Shown here: positions 20,023 to 29,590 of the stretch, in pieces
How the letters are laid out: every line of letters begins with the position of its first letter
How positions within the stretch are numbered: position 1 is the first letter of the stretch
Assembly: GCA_024413595.1 (NCBI GenBank)
Contig: JAKSUC010000003.1
Span: 12,307 to 76,306, forward strand
DNA from: Bacteroidales bacterium
GTDB lineage: Bacteria > Bacteroidota > Bacteroidia > Bacteroidales > UBA3824
Reading direction: 5' to 3'
Length of the DNA: 64,000 nucleotides
Notes under the pieces: model-generated
The model's database searches: none
Told to the model about the DNA's origin: nothing
The model's input: the letters and a program-made list of their open reading frames with translations, nothing else
Program-made: the position numbers and the translations under genes

Positions 20023-20730
20023 TTAATTACACTTTTCAGTATACAAAATTAATCTAAAACCAATATAATCAAAATTATTATTATCAGGATGAGTTCTGCC
20101 ATTATAAGTTATTTCACTATTTTCTTTACTACAGTGCCAACTACCACCTTTAAAACCTCCTTCGTAATTTGAATGATATTCCCACACATTACCAGTCATA
20201 TCATAAATACCAAAAGCATTAGGTTTTTTTTGACCAACAGAATGCGTCTTTTTTTCAGAATTATCTACATACCAACCAACTTCGTCGATATTATTGCTTC
20301 CGCTATATAATTTCCAATCTTCCGAAACACCTTCTTTAGCAACATATTCCCATTCTTCAGCAGTTGGTAAACAATATTGTTTTCCTGTTAATTGGTTTAA
20401 TTTAGTTATAAAATTATTTACTTCATTCCAAGAAACATTTTCAACAGGTAAATCTTTACCTTTAAAAAAAGATGGATTATAACCCATTACAGTTTCCCAT
20501 AATTTTTGAGTAGTTTCGTATTTTGCCATATAAAAACTTGGAACAGTAACTTCTCGTAAATGGCGTTCACCTGTAATATTGTCGTATTCTCCATCACCAT
20601 AATTAAAAGTACCTCCTTGAATATAAACCATTTCAAGTTCGCAATCAATCACAAATTCAGAATAATTTTTTTGACAAAAACTTTGTGTATAAAAAATACA
20701 CAAAAAAAACATTAAGCATAAGTGTTTCAT
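20023..20730 (-). CDS. Secreted FGE/SUMF1-family domain protein
   Basis: 235 aa with signal peptide. VSWNEVNNFITKLN, LPTAEEWEYVAKEG, NAFGIYDMTGNVWEY, GGSWH and IGFRL are typical of the formylglycine-generating-enzyme fold (DUF323). Confidence 0.75.
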   Translation of the reverse strand: MKHLCLMFFLCIFYTQSFCQKNYSEFVIDCELEMVYIQGGTFNYGDGEYDNITGERHLREVTVPSFYMAKYETTQKLWETVMGYNPSFFKGKDLPVENVSWNEVNNFITKLNQLTGKQYCLPTAEEWEYVAKEGVSEDWKLYSGSNNIDEVGWYVDNSEKKTHSVGQKKPNAFGIYDMTGNVWEYHSNYEGGFKGGSWHCSKENSEITYNGRTHPDNNNFDYIGFRLILYTEKCN

Positions 20731-20763
20731 ATTTATTGATTTTTAGTTTATGTTTAAATATTA

Positions 20764-22086
20764 TTATTCAAAAAAACGCTTAATTAAAGGTTCTATTTTT
20801 TTGAGCCACAAGTCAGTAGCTTCTGGAGTTGGGTGAAGCCAATCTTCCATCATATCATGATTTATAGAAAGATCTGAATTTAAAAAAGTTGAATTAACAT
20901 TTACATAAAATATATTTCTATTATCAGAAATTTGTTTAATAATATTATTAGTTTTTTCAAGAATAAGTCTGTGTGAAGTAGGATATTGACCATCATAACT
21001 TCCAGGAAAACAAGCCAATAAAATAATTTTTGCACTAGGAATTCTTTGACGCAACAACCTAACAATTCTCATAATACCATTTGCAACCTCAGTTGCAGTG
21101 CAACGATATGGATAATTTTTGCGATCTACATTATTTGTCCCAACTTCAAGAATACAAACCTTAGCTCTTTGAGTATTAAAATTATAATGTTCTATTTCCC
21201 AAATAATATTTTCAGTTCTGTAACCACTTGTAGCTAAATTAATTGTCATATAATTTCCAAAATATTTTCTATTAACCTCTTTATATTCAGGTTTTTCTAA
21301 GTTATGTAAAATTGAATTTCCAATCAAAATAATATCATATTTATATTCTTTAAGATAATAATTTTTATCATTATGACGATTTTTGTCATAACCTTCGATT
21401 GATAATTCCGCGGGATTAGGATTTTTCTGAGTAGGATTTACTACCGAATTCATAAATTTTGGAATTTCATAAATTATTTCACCATTTTCGGAGAATATTT
21501 TTTTATGATCTTTGGTTGGGTCAGTAAAAAATTTTGCCGTTCCTCCATCATAACCAACCCAAGTTAAATAATATTCTTGAGCTGAATTAAATTGAATTTT
21601 ATTATCACTATTTGCAGAAATAAAAAGTCTACAACCAGTTGGATTTAAGGGAGGTATAGCAATTGGATATGCACTATCGCTTTCTCTTTTATTAAAATCT
21701 TCAACATTTAATAAAAATACATTTTGAGGTAATTCGTTGTTTTTTAAAGTTTTAATCATCTTTGCAACATAAATAGCAGATTTTCCATCCGCAGCAATAG
21801 AATAAGAACGATTGCTAAGATTATTAGCATAATTGCCATTTTTTAATGATAAAAAAATATTATTTAATGAGTCTGTAATATTTAAATTTAGACCTTTTAT
21901 ACAAATTTGGCAAACGTCGTAACCTAAAGTTAAAAACATATCACTTATTGGCGAAATCTTTGATTTATTGTGCGTTATAGTTAAAACCGTGCCTAACGAA
22001 ACATCATTTTTTAAAATTGTTATTTTTTGCGAAAAAACATTTGATATCGTAAAAAATAGTATAATAAAAGCGAATATTTTTTTCAT
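20764..22086 (-). CDS. SGNH/GDSL-type hydrolase with N-terminal domain of unknown function
   Basis: The ORF track starts at a TTG (22095); the ATG at 22084-22086 giving MKKIFAFIILFF is more plausible. The C-terminal half has SGNH blocks: ILIGNSILHN (block I Ser), GTNN (block III), DWLHPT (block V Asp/His). Confidence 0.7.
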   Translation of the reverse strand: MKKIFAFIILFFTISNVFSQKITILKNDVSLGTVLTITHNKSKISPISDMFLTLGYDVCQICIKGLNLNITDSLNNIFLSLKNGNYANNLSNRSYSIAADGKSAIYVAKMIKTLKNNELPQNVFLLNVEDFNKRESDSAYPIAIPPLNPTGCRLFISANSDNKIQFNSAQEYYLTWVGYDGGTAKFFTDPTKDHKKIFSENGEIIYEIPKFMNSVVNPTQKNPNPAELSIEGYDKNRHNDKNYYLKEYKYDIILIGNSILHNLEKPEYKEVNRKYFGNYMTINLATSGYRTENIIWEIEHYNFNTQRAKVCILEVGTNNVDRKNYPYRCTATEVANGIMRIVRLLRQRIPSAKIILLACFPGSYDGQYPTSHRLILEKTNNIIKQISDNRNIFYVNVNSTFLNSDLSINHDMMEDWLHPTPEATDLWLKKIEPLIKRFFE

Positions 22087-22197
22087 GATTAACAATTTAT
22101 TTTAAGCAAAAATATTAAAAAAAATCTGAATTTTATGATTATAAAATGTATAAATCTTTTTTTAGTATAACATTTTAATTTTTAAGATTTTATTTTA

Positions 22198-22205
22198 TAA
22201 TTTTG
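22198..22205 (+). promoter_or_regulatory. Bacteroidota -7 promoter motif (TAnnTTTG)
   Basis: TAATTTTG, 22 nt upstream of the ATG at 22227. Confidence 0.5.
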
Positions 22206-22226
22206 CAAACGAATATTTGAAAAGTT

Positions 22227-22829
22227 ATGAAACAAAATTTAGTAGCTATATTATTAATTATATTAACATTAGTTGTTTCTTGTGGTGGAAAATATGACCA
22301 TTTAGAAATTACAGAAGATGAATTTGATGCTTATATTTCAGTTTATAAAGATTTTCATATAAACAATAAAGATTTTTTATTAACCATAAAAGATAAATCA
22401 GAATTTGACTCATTAAAAATAAAAAATAGCCACAAAATAAAACAAATTTTATATGATGCAGGATTTGAAGATCCTGATTTTTTTGTTTCTATCAACAATA
22501 AAATATCTCCAATATTAGAAACAATAGGTGAAAATTCAGAATTTGAATGTTTCCCGGGATTAGGCTCGGCAGATTTAAGTTTTTTGGATCAAGCAGAAGA
22601 ACAATATTCTAAATTTTTGACAGATAGTTCGTTATCATCAAGAAAAAAAGAAAATTATGAGGCAAATATACAACAAATACAATCAACAAAACGTGATTTG
22701 TTAGATAAACAAGCAAAAAATGAAGCTTGGATAAAATTTATTCGTTCTGAATGTAGAGCCTGCAAAGAACTTTCTGATAATCAAATTATGCAATTAACCA
22801 TTTTAGAAAGAGAACTATCTGAAATATAG
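22227..22829 (+). CDS. Hypothetical lipoprotein
   Basis: 200 aa with lipoprotein signal (LVVSCGG). No recognisable motif. First gene of a three-gene plus-strand operon. Confidence 0.55.
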   Translation: MKQNLVAILLIILTLVVSCGGKYDHLEITEDEFDAYISVYKDFHINNKDFLLTIKDKSEFDSLKIKNSHKIKQILYDAGFEDPDFFVSINNKISPILETIGENSEFECFPGLGSADLSFLDQAEEQYSKFLTDSSLSSRKKENYEANIQQIQSTKRDLLDKQAKNEAWIKFIRSECRACKELSDNQIMQLTILERELSEI

Positions 22830-22841
22830 TTTATTATCAAT

Positions 22842-23576
22842 ATGAATAAGAAAAACATTTTATTTTTATTATTACTATTGTTTAATGGTTGTGACAATAG
22901 CAATGCACCTGATTTTTTTAAATCTGTAGGAAAAGAAGTCTCAAAAACAATTTATTTCGACAATTTGATTACATTATTAAACGTTAAAGACGCGTTTGAT
23001 GTTTATTTAGTAAAAGATACAATTGATTATATTACAATTACTTGTGGTGAAAATTTGATTGATAAAATAGATGCAAAATTATCTGACGAACACACAATAG
23101 AATTAACAAATGAAAATGAATTTAGAATAGTAAGAAATTACAATGGAATACCACAAGCCGAAGTACATTATAAAACCATAACAAATGTTTATGCCTACGG
23201 TTCGGCAAAAGTTGTGTCAAAAGATACAATTGATATTGAAAGATATGTATTTACAGAGCGAGTTGGTGAATTAGACGTAATAGTAAAATCTCCCCAAATA
23301 ATAGTAAATGTTTGGTTTGGAACAGGAAATTATAAAGTGAGAGGTGTTTGTAATGATTTTTATACCGAACCTCGCTATTCGTCGATAATAAATGCAGAAG
23401 AATTAATAGTAAACAACGCACATATAGATACATATAGTTCAGGAAATGTGTATGTAAATCCTCAAGACTCATTAATAGCAAATATTTATTGGACAGGAGA
23501 TATAATTTATCAAGGCAATCCATTTGTAAAACTAATTGAAAAACAGGGTAAAGGTAAAATAATCAATAAACAATGA
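22842..23576 (+). CDS. GIN-domain (DUF2807, adhesin-head-like) protein
   Basis: 244 aa with signal peptide (LLLFNGC). Repetitive beta-solenoid-like pattern ending ...WTGDIIYQGNP, as in DUF2807 proteins. Recall only. Confidence 0.5.
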   Translation: MNKKNILFLLLLLFNGCDNSNAPDFFKSVGKEVSKTIYFDNLITLLNVKDAFDVYLVKDTIDYITITCGENLIDKIDAKLSDEHTIELTNENEFRIVRNYNGIPQAEVHYKTITNVYAYGSAKVVSKDTIDIERYVFTERVGELDVIVKSPQIIVNVWFGTGNYKVRGVCNDFYTEPRYSSIINAEELIVNNAHIDTYSSGNVYVNPQDSLIANIYWTGDIIYQGNPFVKLIEKQGKGKIINKQ

Positions 23577-24682
23577 AACGCATTTCAATATACATTATAT
23601 TAAATATTTTGTTGTTGACATTCTCTAATAGAGTATTTTCATCAGATACATTAAAAACAAAATTACCACGAAATCATTATTTATCAGTTCGTTATTTACA
23701 TGGACCAGTATATGATCATCGAGATTTGTCAGGAGTATTAAATTTTAAACAAGGCGATGGAATATCAGTAGAATATCTTGTTGAAACAAACGGAGTTAGA
23801 GAATGGGAAACACAATATAATTTACCACGAGTAGGAGTTGCATTTTATTATGAAGATTTTCATTATAATGTGTTGGGAAAAGCATTTTCAACAGCAATAG
23901 TTTCAGAATTTCCCTGTGTAAAAAATAATTTTTTTGGATTAGATTTAAGATTTTTGGCAGGCGTTGCGTATGTAACAAAAAAATTTGATACCGACGATAA
24001 TCCATTAAATTTGTTGGTAGGTTCACGATTTTCAGCCTTTTTTTGTTTTGGACCACAAATACAATTGTTTAAAAATCAGTCTACAAAATTAATTTTAGGA
24101 GGAAATTTTGTACATTATTCAAATGGTTGTATGCAGTTGCCAAATTTGGGATTAAATCTTTTGCAATGGCATATAGGAGTTGAAAGTAGAATTGGCGAAA
24201 TAGCACCCAAATATCAAGGCGAACCAATAAAAACCACAATAGAACGAAAATGGACTAAAAGTATAGTATTTTCGATGGGTGCTCGCGAGTCTGGACAACC
24301 AGAAGGACCAAAATATTGTATAACTTCATTAACATCAGAAATTTCGCACAAAGCAGGAAAAAGAACTAAATTTGGATTTGGAGTTGACTTGTTTAGAGAT
24401 CCGTCAGACCAATATTTTTTTAATAGAGATAATATAGAATATTCTAAAAAAGATTTTATATCAGGAGGAATACACGCTTCATATGGATTTAACTTTGGAA
24501 AAACTTCAGCAACATTACATTTTGGAAGTTATATGTTTTCAAAAGCAAATTCATTTGGTTCTATGTACCATCGAGTAGCTGTTAATTATTTGATAACTAA
24601 TAATATAATAGCGAATTTAGGATTAAGAACATATTTTATGAAAGCAGAATATATAGAGTGGGGCATAGGTTATCAATTTTAA
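23573..24682 (+). CDS. Outer-membrane beta-barrel protein, PagL-like acyloxyacyl hydrolase (lipid A deacylase family) candidate
   Basis: 369 aa with signal peptide. HYSNG motif (the His-x-Ser catalytic pair arrangement of PagL-type enzymes). Alternating beta-strand pattern with a C-terminal ...GIGYQF aromatic end. The start overlaps the previous stop (ATGA at 23573-23576). Confidence 0.5.
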   Translation: MKRISIYIILNILLLTFSNRVFSSDTLKTKLPRNHYLSVRYLHGPVYDHRDLSGVLNFKQGDGISVEYLVETNGVREWETQYNLPRVGVAFYYEDFHYNVLGKAFSTAIVSEFPCVKNNFFGLDLRFLAGVAYVTKKFDTDDNPLNLLVGSRFSAFFCFGPQIQLFKNQSTKLILGGNFVHYSNGCMQLPNLGLNLLQWHIGVESRIGEIAPKYQGEPIKTTIERKWTKSIVFSMGARESGQPEGPKYCITSLTSEISHKAGKRTKFGFGVDLFRDPSDQYFFNRDNIEYSKKDFISGGIHASYGFNFGKTSATLHFGSYMFSKANSFGSMYHRVAVNYLITNNIIANLGLRTYFMKAEYIEWGIGYQF

Positions 24683-24852
24683 ATAATTGTTAAAAGTGAT
24701 TTTTTTTAATTTTTTTTTATGGAATTTGATATGTTTTTGCATCTATATAGTAGAAATTAGATGATTAAAAAATCTAAAAAATGTTAAATTAAAATTTAAC
24801 AAATAACAATATAAAAAAATTGACGTTTAACCAATGATAATAATTTTGAAAG

Positions 24853-25209
24853 ATGAAGAATATGAAGCGAATATTATTAAGTTTGATTTTAACCTTGTTT
24901 ATTAAAGTATCTGTAGCACAACAAATTGATTCATTAGATTCTGCGTCGTTTGTAACAGAAATCATAATTACAGAAATGGCAGAAAACGAAAATATAATAG
25001 AAGAATTAAAAGTTTGGCCTGCAGAAACATCATTTAAAGTTTCAATAGATATTGATCATCTTGAGACTGTAGAAATAAAAAATTGTGTAGGACGTACAGT
25101 TAAAACATTAAAAGTAGACAAAGGTCAATGTATTAATGTAGAAACTTTAATTCCAGGTAGTTACACCATAAAAGCAGGAAATAAAGTAGGTAAATTTATA
25201 AAAAAGTGA
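24853..25209 (+). CDS. Small secreted protein consisting mainly of a T9SS type-A C-terminal sorting domain
   Basis: 118 aa with signal peptide. The last ~70 aa (LKVWPAETSFKVSIDIDHLETVEIKNCVGRTVKTL...LIPGSYTIKAGNKVGKFIKK) fit the Por/T9SS CTD pattern. Confidence 0.6.
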   Translation: MKNMKRILLSLILTLFIKVSVAQQIDSLDSASFVTEIIITEMAENENIIEELKVWPAETSFKVSIDIDHLETVEIKNCVGRTVKTLKVDKGQCINVETLIPGSYTIKAGNKVGKFIKK

Positions 25210-25287
25210 TTTATAAAAATCACTAATATCTTTAAAAGTTAAGATACTCATATTCTTTATCTTTTTTGAATTTTATATTAAACTTTA

Positions 25288-28152
25288 CTAATTATTATTG
25301 AAAATACCATTGTATATTGCTTGACTAATCTTTTTTCTGACTTTAAACTTGTTAATATTTTGATTATCAGCATTAGGATGAACTCTGTTGCTTAAAAACA
25401 CAATAACAATTTCGTTTTCAGGGTCAATCCAAGCGCAAGTACCAGTAAACCCAGTATGACCAAAAGTTTTGTTAGAAGCATTATTAGCAGTGTAAGCATT
25501 AGGTCCCATGTCAAAACCAAGCGCTCTACCAGAGTCTTTTTGTTTAGTAGTGAATTTTTTAATAGCCGAAGAGTCAATATATTGACAACCACCATAATAA
25601 CCTTTATTTAAAACCATTTGAAAAAGAATACCTAAATCTTTAGCACACGAGAAAATGCCCGCATTTCCAGAAACACCACCCAAAACAGCCGCCGAAGGAT
25701 CGTGAACATCGCCTTGAAGCATTGTTCCCCCCCAAGTAGAATTGGCAGTTGGCGCAAAACAGCTATAATGATAATAATTTGTTGGATTATAATGAGTTCT
25801 ATACATACCAAGCGGTTTATAAAAGTTTTTTTCTAAAAAATCGTCGGCTTTGCAATCAATAATATTTTCAGCCATTTGTTGCAATAATATCATATTGATA
25901 TCACTATATTTATAATTTTTTTTGTCGTCAACAGCTAATCTACGAGTATTAATATCAATAGAGTCTCTCCATTTGTTTTTTAGCCATAAATTTTGATGAA
26001 TTTTGGTTTCAGCTACATTTTTAATATATTTTTCACTAAAAAATTCATCAAAAGCAAGTTGATTAATTTCATCCTTGGTCATTTTATCAATTTTAACCCC
26101 TTCTTCTTTTAGCATTTTTCGTTTTGTAGAAACGTAATAAGTAATTTTTGTGAAAGGTAAATAAGGATAAATACCACTTTTGTGAAGTAATAATAGTTTT
26201 ATAGGAACACCAAAAATGGTATTTTGAGGAATATTTTTTCTAATTAAAGTTGTATCGTTAAAAGTAACTTGATTATCATTAATTTCAACCAATTTTAAAG
26301 GAATATTTTTGTCTAATTTTTTAAAATCAGACATAGAAATAGTCTTTTTTTCAATAATAGTATCAGCTGGAAGATTAGACCAATCAATAATAGTGTCTTT
26401 AAAATATTTGCCAATATTGTCTTCGATATTAAGTAATTTTTTGCCATACAAATACATAAGAATAATAGTAGGAGCTGTAATTTTAGTTAACGAAGCAATG
26501 TCGTACATTGTGTTTTGAGAAACATTTCGAGAAGAAGAGTCATAACTAAATTTTCCAAACCCTTTGTTAATTAATACATTACCTTTATACGAAGCAAAAA
26601 TTTGACATCCCGGAAAACAATTTTGTTTAATAGCCATATTAACAATAGAGTCGATAGTATCGCAATAGTTTTTGTTAAAACCTACTTCTTCTAAAGGTTT
26701 GAATTGAAGACGATTAGGTTTAATTATCTTGCCAGTTTCTTGTTTAATATCAAACGAAATATCAGTTGGAGTTTTTGCATTAACAAAATTACTTCCGAAA
26801 ACAGTTTGCGCAGCATATTTAGCAGATTCATAGTCATTTCCGTATATTTGAAGTAAAGAATAACTTTTAATACGAGAAAGATTAGAAATATTGTTAAAAT
26901 TAATAACACAAGAGTTTTTGTTTCTTGTTTTAGAATTGATTTTTGTTATTGTTTTTAAATCAGTAATACTATCGTTAATTAAGATAATCAAAGATTTATT
27001 AGAAAAATTATTTAAATTATTTAAAATAGAATTATAATTATTAGGAACATATTTATAATTAGCTTTGCAATAATTTTTAATTTCAGAAGCAAAACCATAT
27101 AATCTAAGCCCACCAATTTGCAAAATTTGTAAATTATTAATATCTTTTAAAGGTAAAAACGACGATTTGTTAGCAATACACGTTGTAGATAGAGAAAGAG
27201 TTTTCCAAGAAAAATAATCTTTATTAAAATTAAAACAAATGTTATTATTAAAATCTTTAGTATCTATTTTTAGTTTAATAATATTATAAACTTTATTATC
27301 AATAATTTTACGTAATTTTTTATTTTTTTTGATAGAAATAAGCATGTATTTCATAAAAATTTCAGGAGATAAATTACTATAAATAATATCAAAATCATTG
27401 TTTTTTAAAGTCAAAAAATCTTTAAAATTATTTATCTTTTTAAAATTTAATGAGTTATGTTTATAAATTAAGTTGTTTCCTAAACAATAAAGAGAGTCGA
27501 CATAATTTTGAAAAAAAGTTTTTCTTTTTTCGTCTTTAATATTCGAGAAGTCAGATTTAATAAAAGTAATAATTCCTTTTTTTAGAAAAGCGTTAATAGT
27601 GATTTTGGCAATATTAATTTTTTCTAAGAATTTTTTGTCCGAAATATTTTGTTTAATATCCGAAAAATCAGCAAAAAAACCTTTAACCGCCATAATACCA
27701 ATAGAATTTAAAGAGTCAGCCATTTGTTCAGCCCAATTTTTATAAATAGCAGTATCTCTACAAGTTCTAACAGCATAAGAGTTTAAATAGCATGGAACAT
27801 CAGAAAAAGGTTCAGTAATATCAGTGATTATAAATTTAGGAATTAAAATACTGTCTTTTAATTTATTACAATCTTTTTTTAATTGTTTAAAATTATCTCT
27901 ATTTAAAATAATACCTTGAGGAATAGTTTTGTTTATAGATAATTTATGATTTTGAATATCATATAAATATAATTGCAAAATTTTGTCTCTTAACGACAAT
28001 TTATTAAAAATAGAGTCAATATTATTTAAAACAAGTTTATTATTATTATTGTTATTATTATCATTATTACAACCCAAAACAGAAGTTGTTATAAAAAAGT
28101 ATAAAATAGAAATTGTTAAAACTTTGAGTTTTAGAGTTTTGTTATTTATCAT
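25288..28152 (-). CDS. Fusion protein: divergent GH3 (NagZ-like) N-terminal region + class C/PBP4*-type serine beta-lactamase-fold hydrolase
   Basis: 954 aa with lipoprotein-like signal (TSVLGC) followed by a poly-Asn stretch. The N-terminus has LSLRDKILQL, FIITDITEP and NSIGIMAV, colinear with GH3, but KGFFADFSD stands where GH3 has KHFPGHG. The C-terminal half has the beta-lactamase motifs ASLTK (SxxK), YSD (YxN position) and HTGFTG (KTG position). Confidence 0.7.
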   Translation of the reverse strand: MINNKTLKLKVLTISILYFFITTSVLGCNNDNNNNNNNKLVLNNIDSIFNKLSLRDKILQLYLYDIQNHKLSINKTIPQGIILNRDNFKQLKKDCNKLKDSILIPKFIITDITEPFSDVPCYLNSYAVRTCRDTAIYKNWAEQMADSLNSIGIMAVKGFFADFSDIKQNISDKKFLEKINIAKITINAFLKKGIITFIKSDFSNIKDEKRKTFFQNYVDSLYCLGNNLIYKHNSLNFKKINNFKDFLTLKNNDFDIIYSNLSPEIFMKYMLISIKKNKKLRKIIDNKVYNIIKLKIDTKDFNNNICFNFNKDYFSWKTLSLSTTCIANKSSFLPLKDINNLQILQIGGLRLYGFASEIKNYCKANYKYVPNNYNSILNNLNNFSNKSLIILINDSITDLKTITKINSKTRNKNSCVINFNNISNLSRIKSYSLLQIYGNDYESAKYAAQTVFGSNFVNAKTPTDISFDIKQETGKIIKPNRLQFKPLEEVGFNKNYCDTIDSIVNMAIKQNCFPGCQIFASYKGNVLINKGFGKFSYDSSSRNVSQNTMYDIASLTKITAPTIILMYLYGKKLLNIEDNIGKYFKDTIIDWSNLPADTIIEKKTISMSDFKKLDKNIPLKLVEINDNQVTFNDTTLIRKNIPQNTIFGVPIKLLLLHKSGIYPYLPFTKITYYVSTKRKMLKEEGVKIDKMTKDEINQLAFDEFFSEKYIKNVAETKIHQNLWLKNKWRDSIDINTRRLAVDDKKNYKYSDINMILLQQMAENIIDCKADDFLEKNFYKPLGMYRTHYNPTNYYHYSCFAPTANSTWGGTMLQGDVHDPSAAVLGGVSGNAGIFSCAKDLGILFQMVLNKGYYGGCQYIDSSAIKKFTTKQKDSGRALGFDMGPNAYTANNASNKTFGHTGFTGTCAWIDPENEIVIVFLSNRVHPNADNQNINKFKVRKKISQAIYNGIFNNN

Positions 28153-28171
28153 ATTTTTAAAATTGTAAAAA

Positions 28172-28208
28172 AATCACTAAATCTTATCAAGAGATAAAAT
28201 TAGTGATT
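28172..28208 (-). terminator. Rho-independent terminator downstream of queA
   Basis: aatcactaa / ttagtgatt arms with a 19-nt loop. The minus-strand RNA is followed by U7 (plus-strand A-run at 28165-28171). Confidence 0.55.
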
Positions 28209-28241
28209 AATTTTACAAAAAGAAAGTAAAAATAAAGAATT

Positions 28242-29441
28242 TTATTTATTAATTTGAAGAAAACTTCCGTCGCCGTAGCTCAAAAACCTGAAATTGTTTT
28301 CGATAGCGTATTTATAAATATTTTTCCAATCATCACCAACCGCAGCTGCAACTAATAATAAAAGAGTACTTTCAGGTTGATGAAAGTTGGTAATAATATT
28401 GTCAACAACACGATATTTATAAGTAGGACAAATCATAATACCAGTTGAAGCTTTAAAATTTTCTTCATTATTTTTGTCTAAATAATTAATAATCTGTTGA
28501 AAAGATTCATTAAGCGAAATATCATCTCTCATATCATAACAATCCCATTGAGGAAGGAAGTCAGTAGTTTGATTATCAATCATTTTAACACCTAACCAAT
28601 ATAAACTTTCGAGAGTTCGAACCGAAGTTGTTCCCACAGCAGTAATTTTACCTTGATGATCTAAAATATCTTTTAAAAGCGATTTAGAAACAGAAAAAAA
28701 TTCACGGTGCATTTCATGTTCGCCAATAGTTTCTGTTTTAACAGGTTTAAAAGTACCAGCACCAACATGTAAAGTTAATTGTCCAATTTTAGTATTTAAA
28801 CTATTCATAAGTTCATCACTAAAATGTAAACCAGCAGTTGGCGCAGCAACAGAACCTTTATAATGAGAATATACAGTTTGATAATCAATATTATCAGATT
28901 CTTCCGCTTTTCTATTTAAATAAGGAGGAATAGGAATACTACCAATAGCATCAATAATTTCAGAAAAAGAGAAATCACCATTCCATAAAAATTGAGCAAT
29001 AATTTCACCACCAATAACTTGCATCTTTTTAACAGTAAGCGTGACCTCTTGATTTTTGCAAACAATAGTTCTAGAAAGGTCAAAATTTTTCCATCTTTTA
29101 AGATTTCCTGCTAAGCATTTCCATTCACAAGTATTTTTAGAAGCAAAATTTCTGTCGTAATCAGTTGGAGAATAAGGTTCTAAACAGAAAATTTCGATTC
29201 TAGCTCCATTGCTATTAAAAAATTCAAGACGAGCCGGAATAACTTTTGTGTTGTTAACAATCATTAAACCATCTTCAGGTAATAAAGATCCAATATTATT
29301 GAAAATAGATTCAGAAATTTGTTTATCTTTATAAATCAACAATTTGCATTTATCTCTTTCTTTTAAAGGAAATTTTGCGATTCTGTTTTCATCAAGTTCG
29401 TAATTAAAATCAGAAATTGATATGTTAATTGGCGCTTTCAT
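28242..29441 (-). CDS. queA: S-adenosylmethionine:tRNA ribosyltransferase-isomerase
   Basis: 399 aa. SDFNYELDENRIAKFPLKERDKCKLL, PTAGLHF, HVGAGTFKPV, HEMHREFF and AVGTTSVRTLES are classic QueA motifs. Confidence 0.93.
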   Translation of the reverse strand: MKAPINISISDFNYELDENRIAKFPLKERDKCKLLIYKDKQISESIFNNIGSLLPEDGLMIVNNTKVIPARLEFFNSNGARIEIFCLEPYSPTDYDRNFASKNTCEWKCLAGNLKRWKNFDLSRTIVCKNQEVTLTVKKMQVIGGEIIAQFLWNGDFSFSEIIDAIGSIPIPPYLNRKAEESDNIDYQTVYSHYKGSVAAPTAGLHFSDELMNSLNTKIGQLTLHVGAGTFKPVKTETIGEHEMHREFFSVSKSLLKDILDHQGKITAVGTTSVRTLESLYWLGVKMIDNQTTDFLPQWDCYDMRDDISLNESFQQIINYLDKNNEENFKASTGIMICPTYKYRVVDNIITNFHQPESTLLLLVAAAVGDDWKNIYKYAIENNFRFLSYGDGSFLQINK

Positions 29442-29590
29442 TTATATTTTTTTTAATAATTTCTAAATAATAAGTAATTAAAAATCAGAAATTTAAATAT
29501 TTTTTTAAAAAATATTCATCTTTCTGAATATGAGTTTGCTATATTTTTTGCAAAATTAATTAACTTTGACGCATCTTAAAATAAAAAGTG

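Noticed and set aside
24841-24848. TAATTTTG promoter-like motif just before 24853
   Set aside because: It lies only 4 nt upstream of the annotated ATG, too close for the usual -7 box to start-codon distance. Either the true start is the second Met (24862) or the match is fortuitous. It is not reported as a feature.
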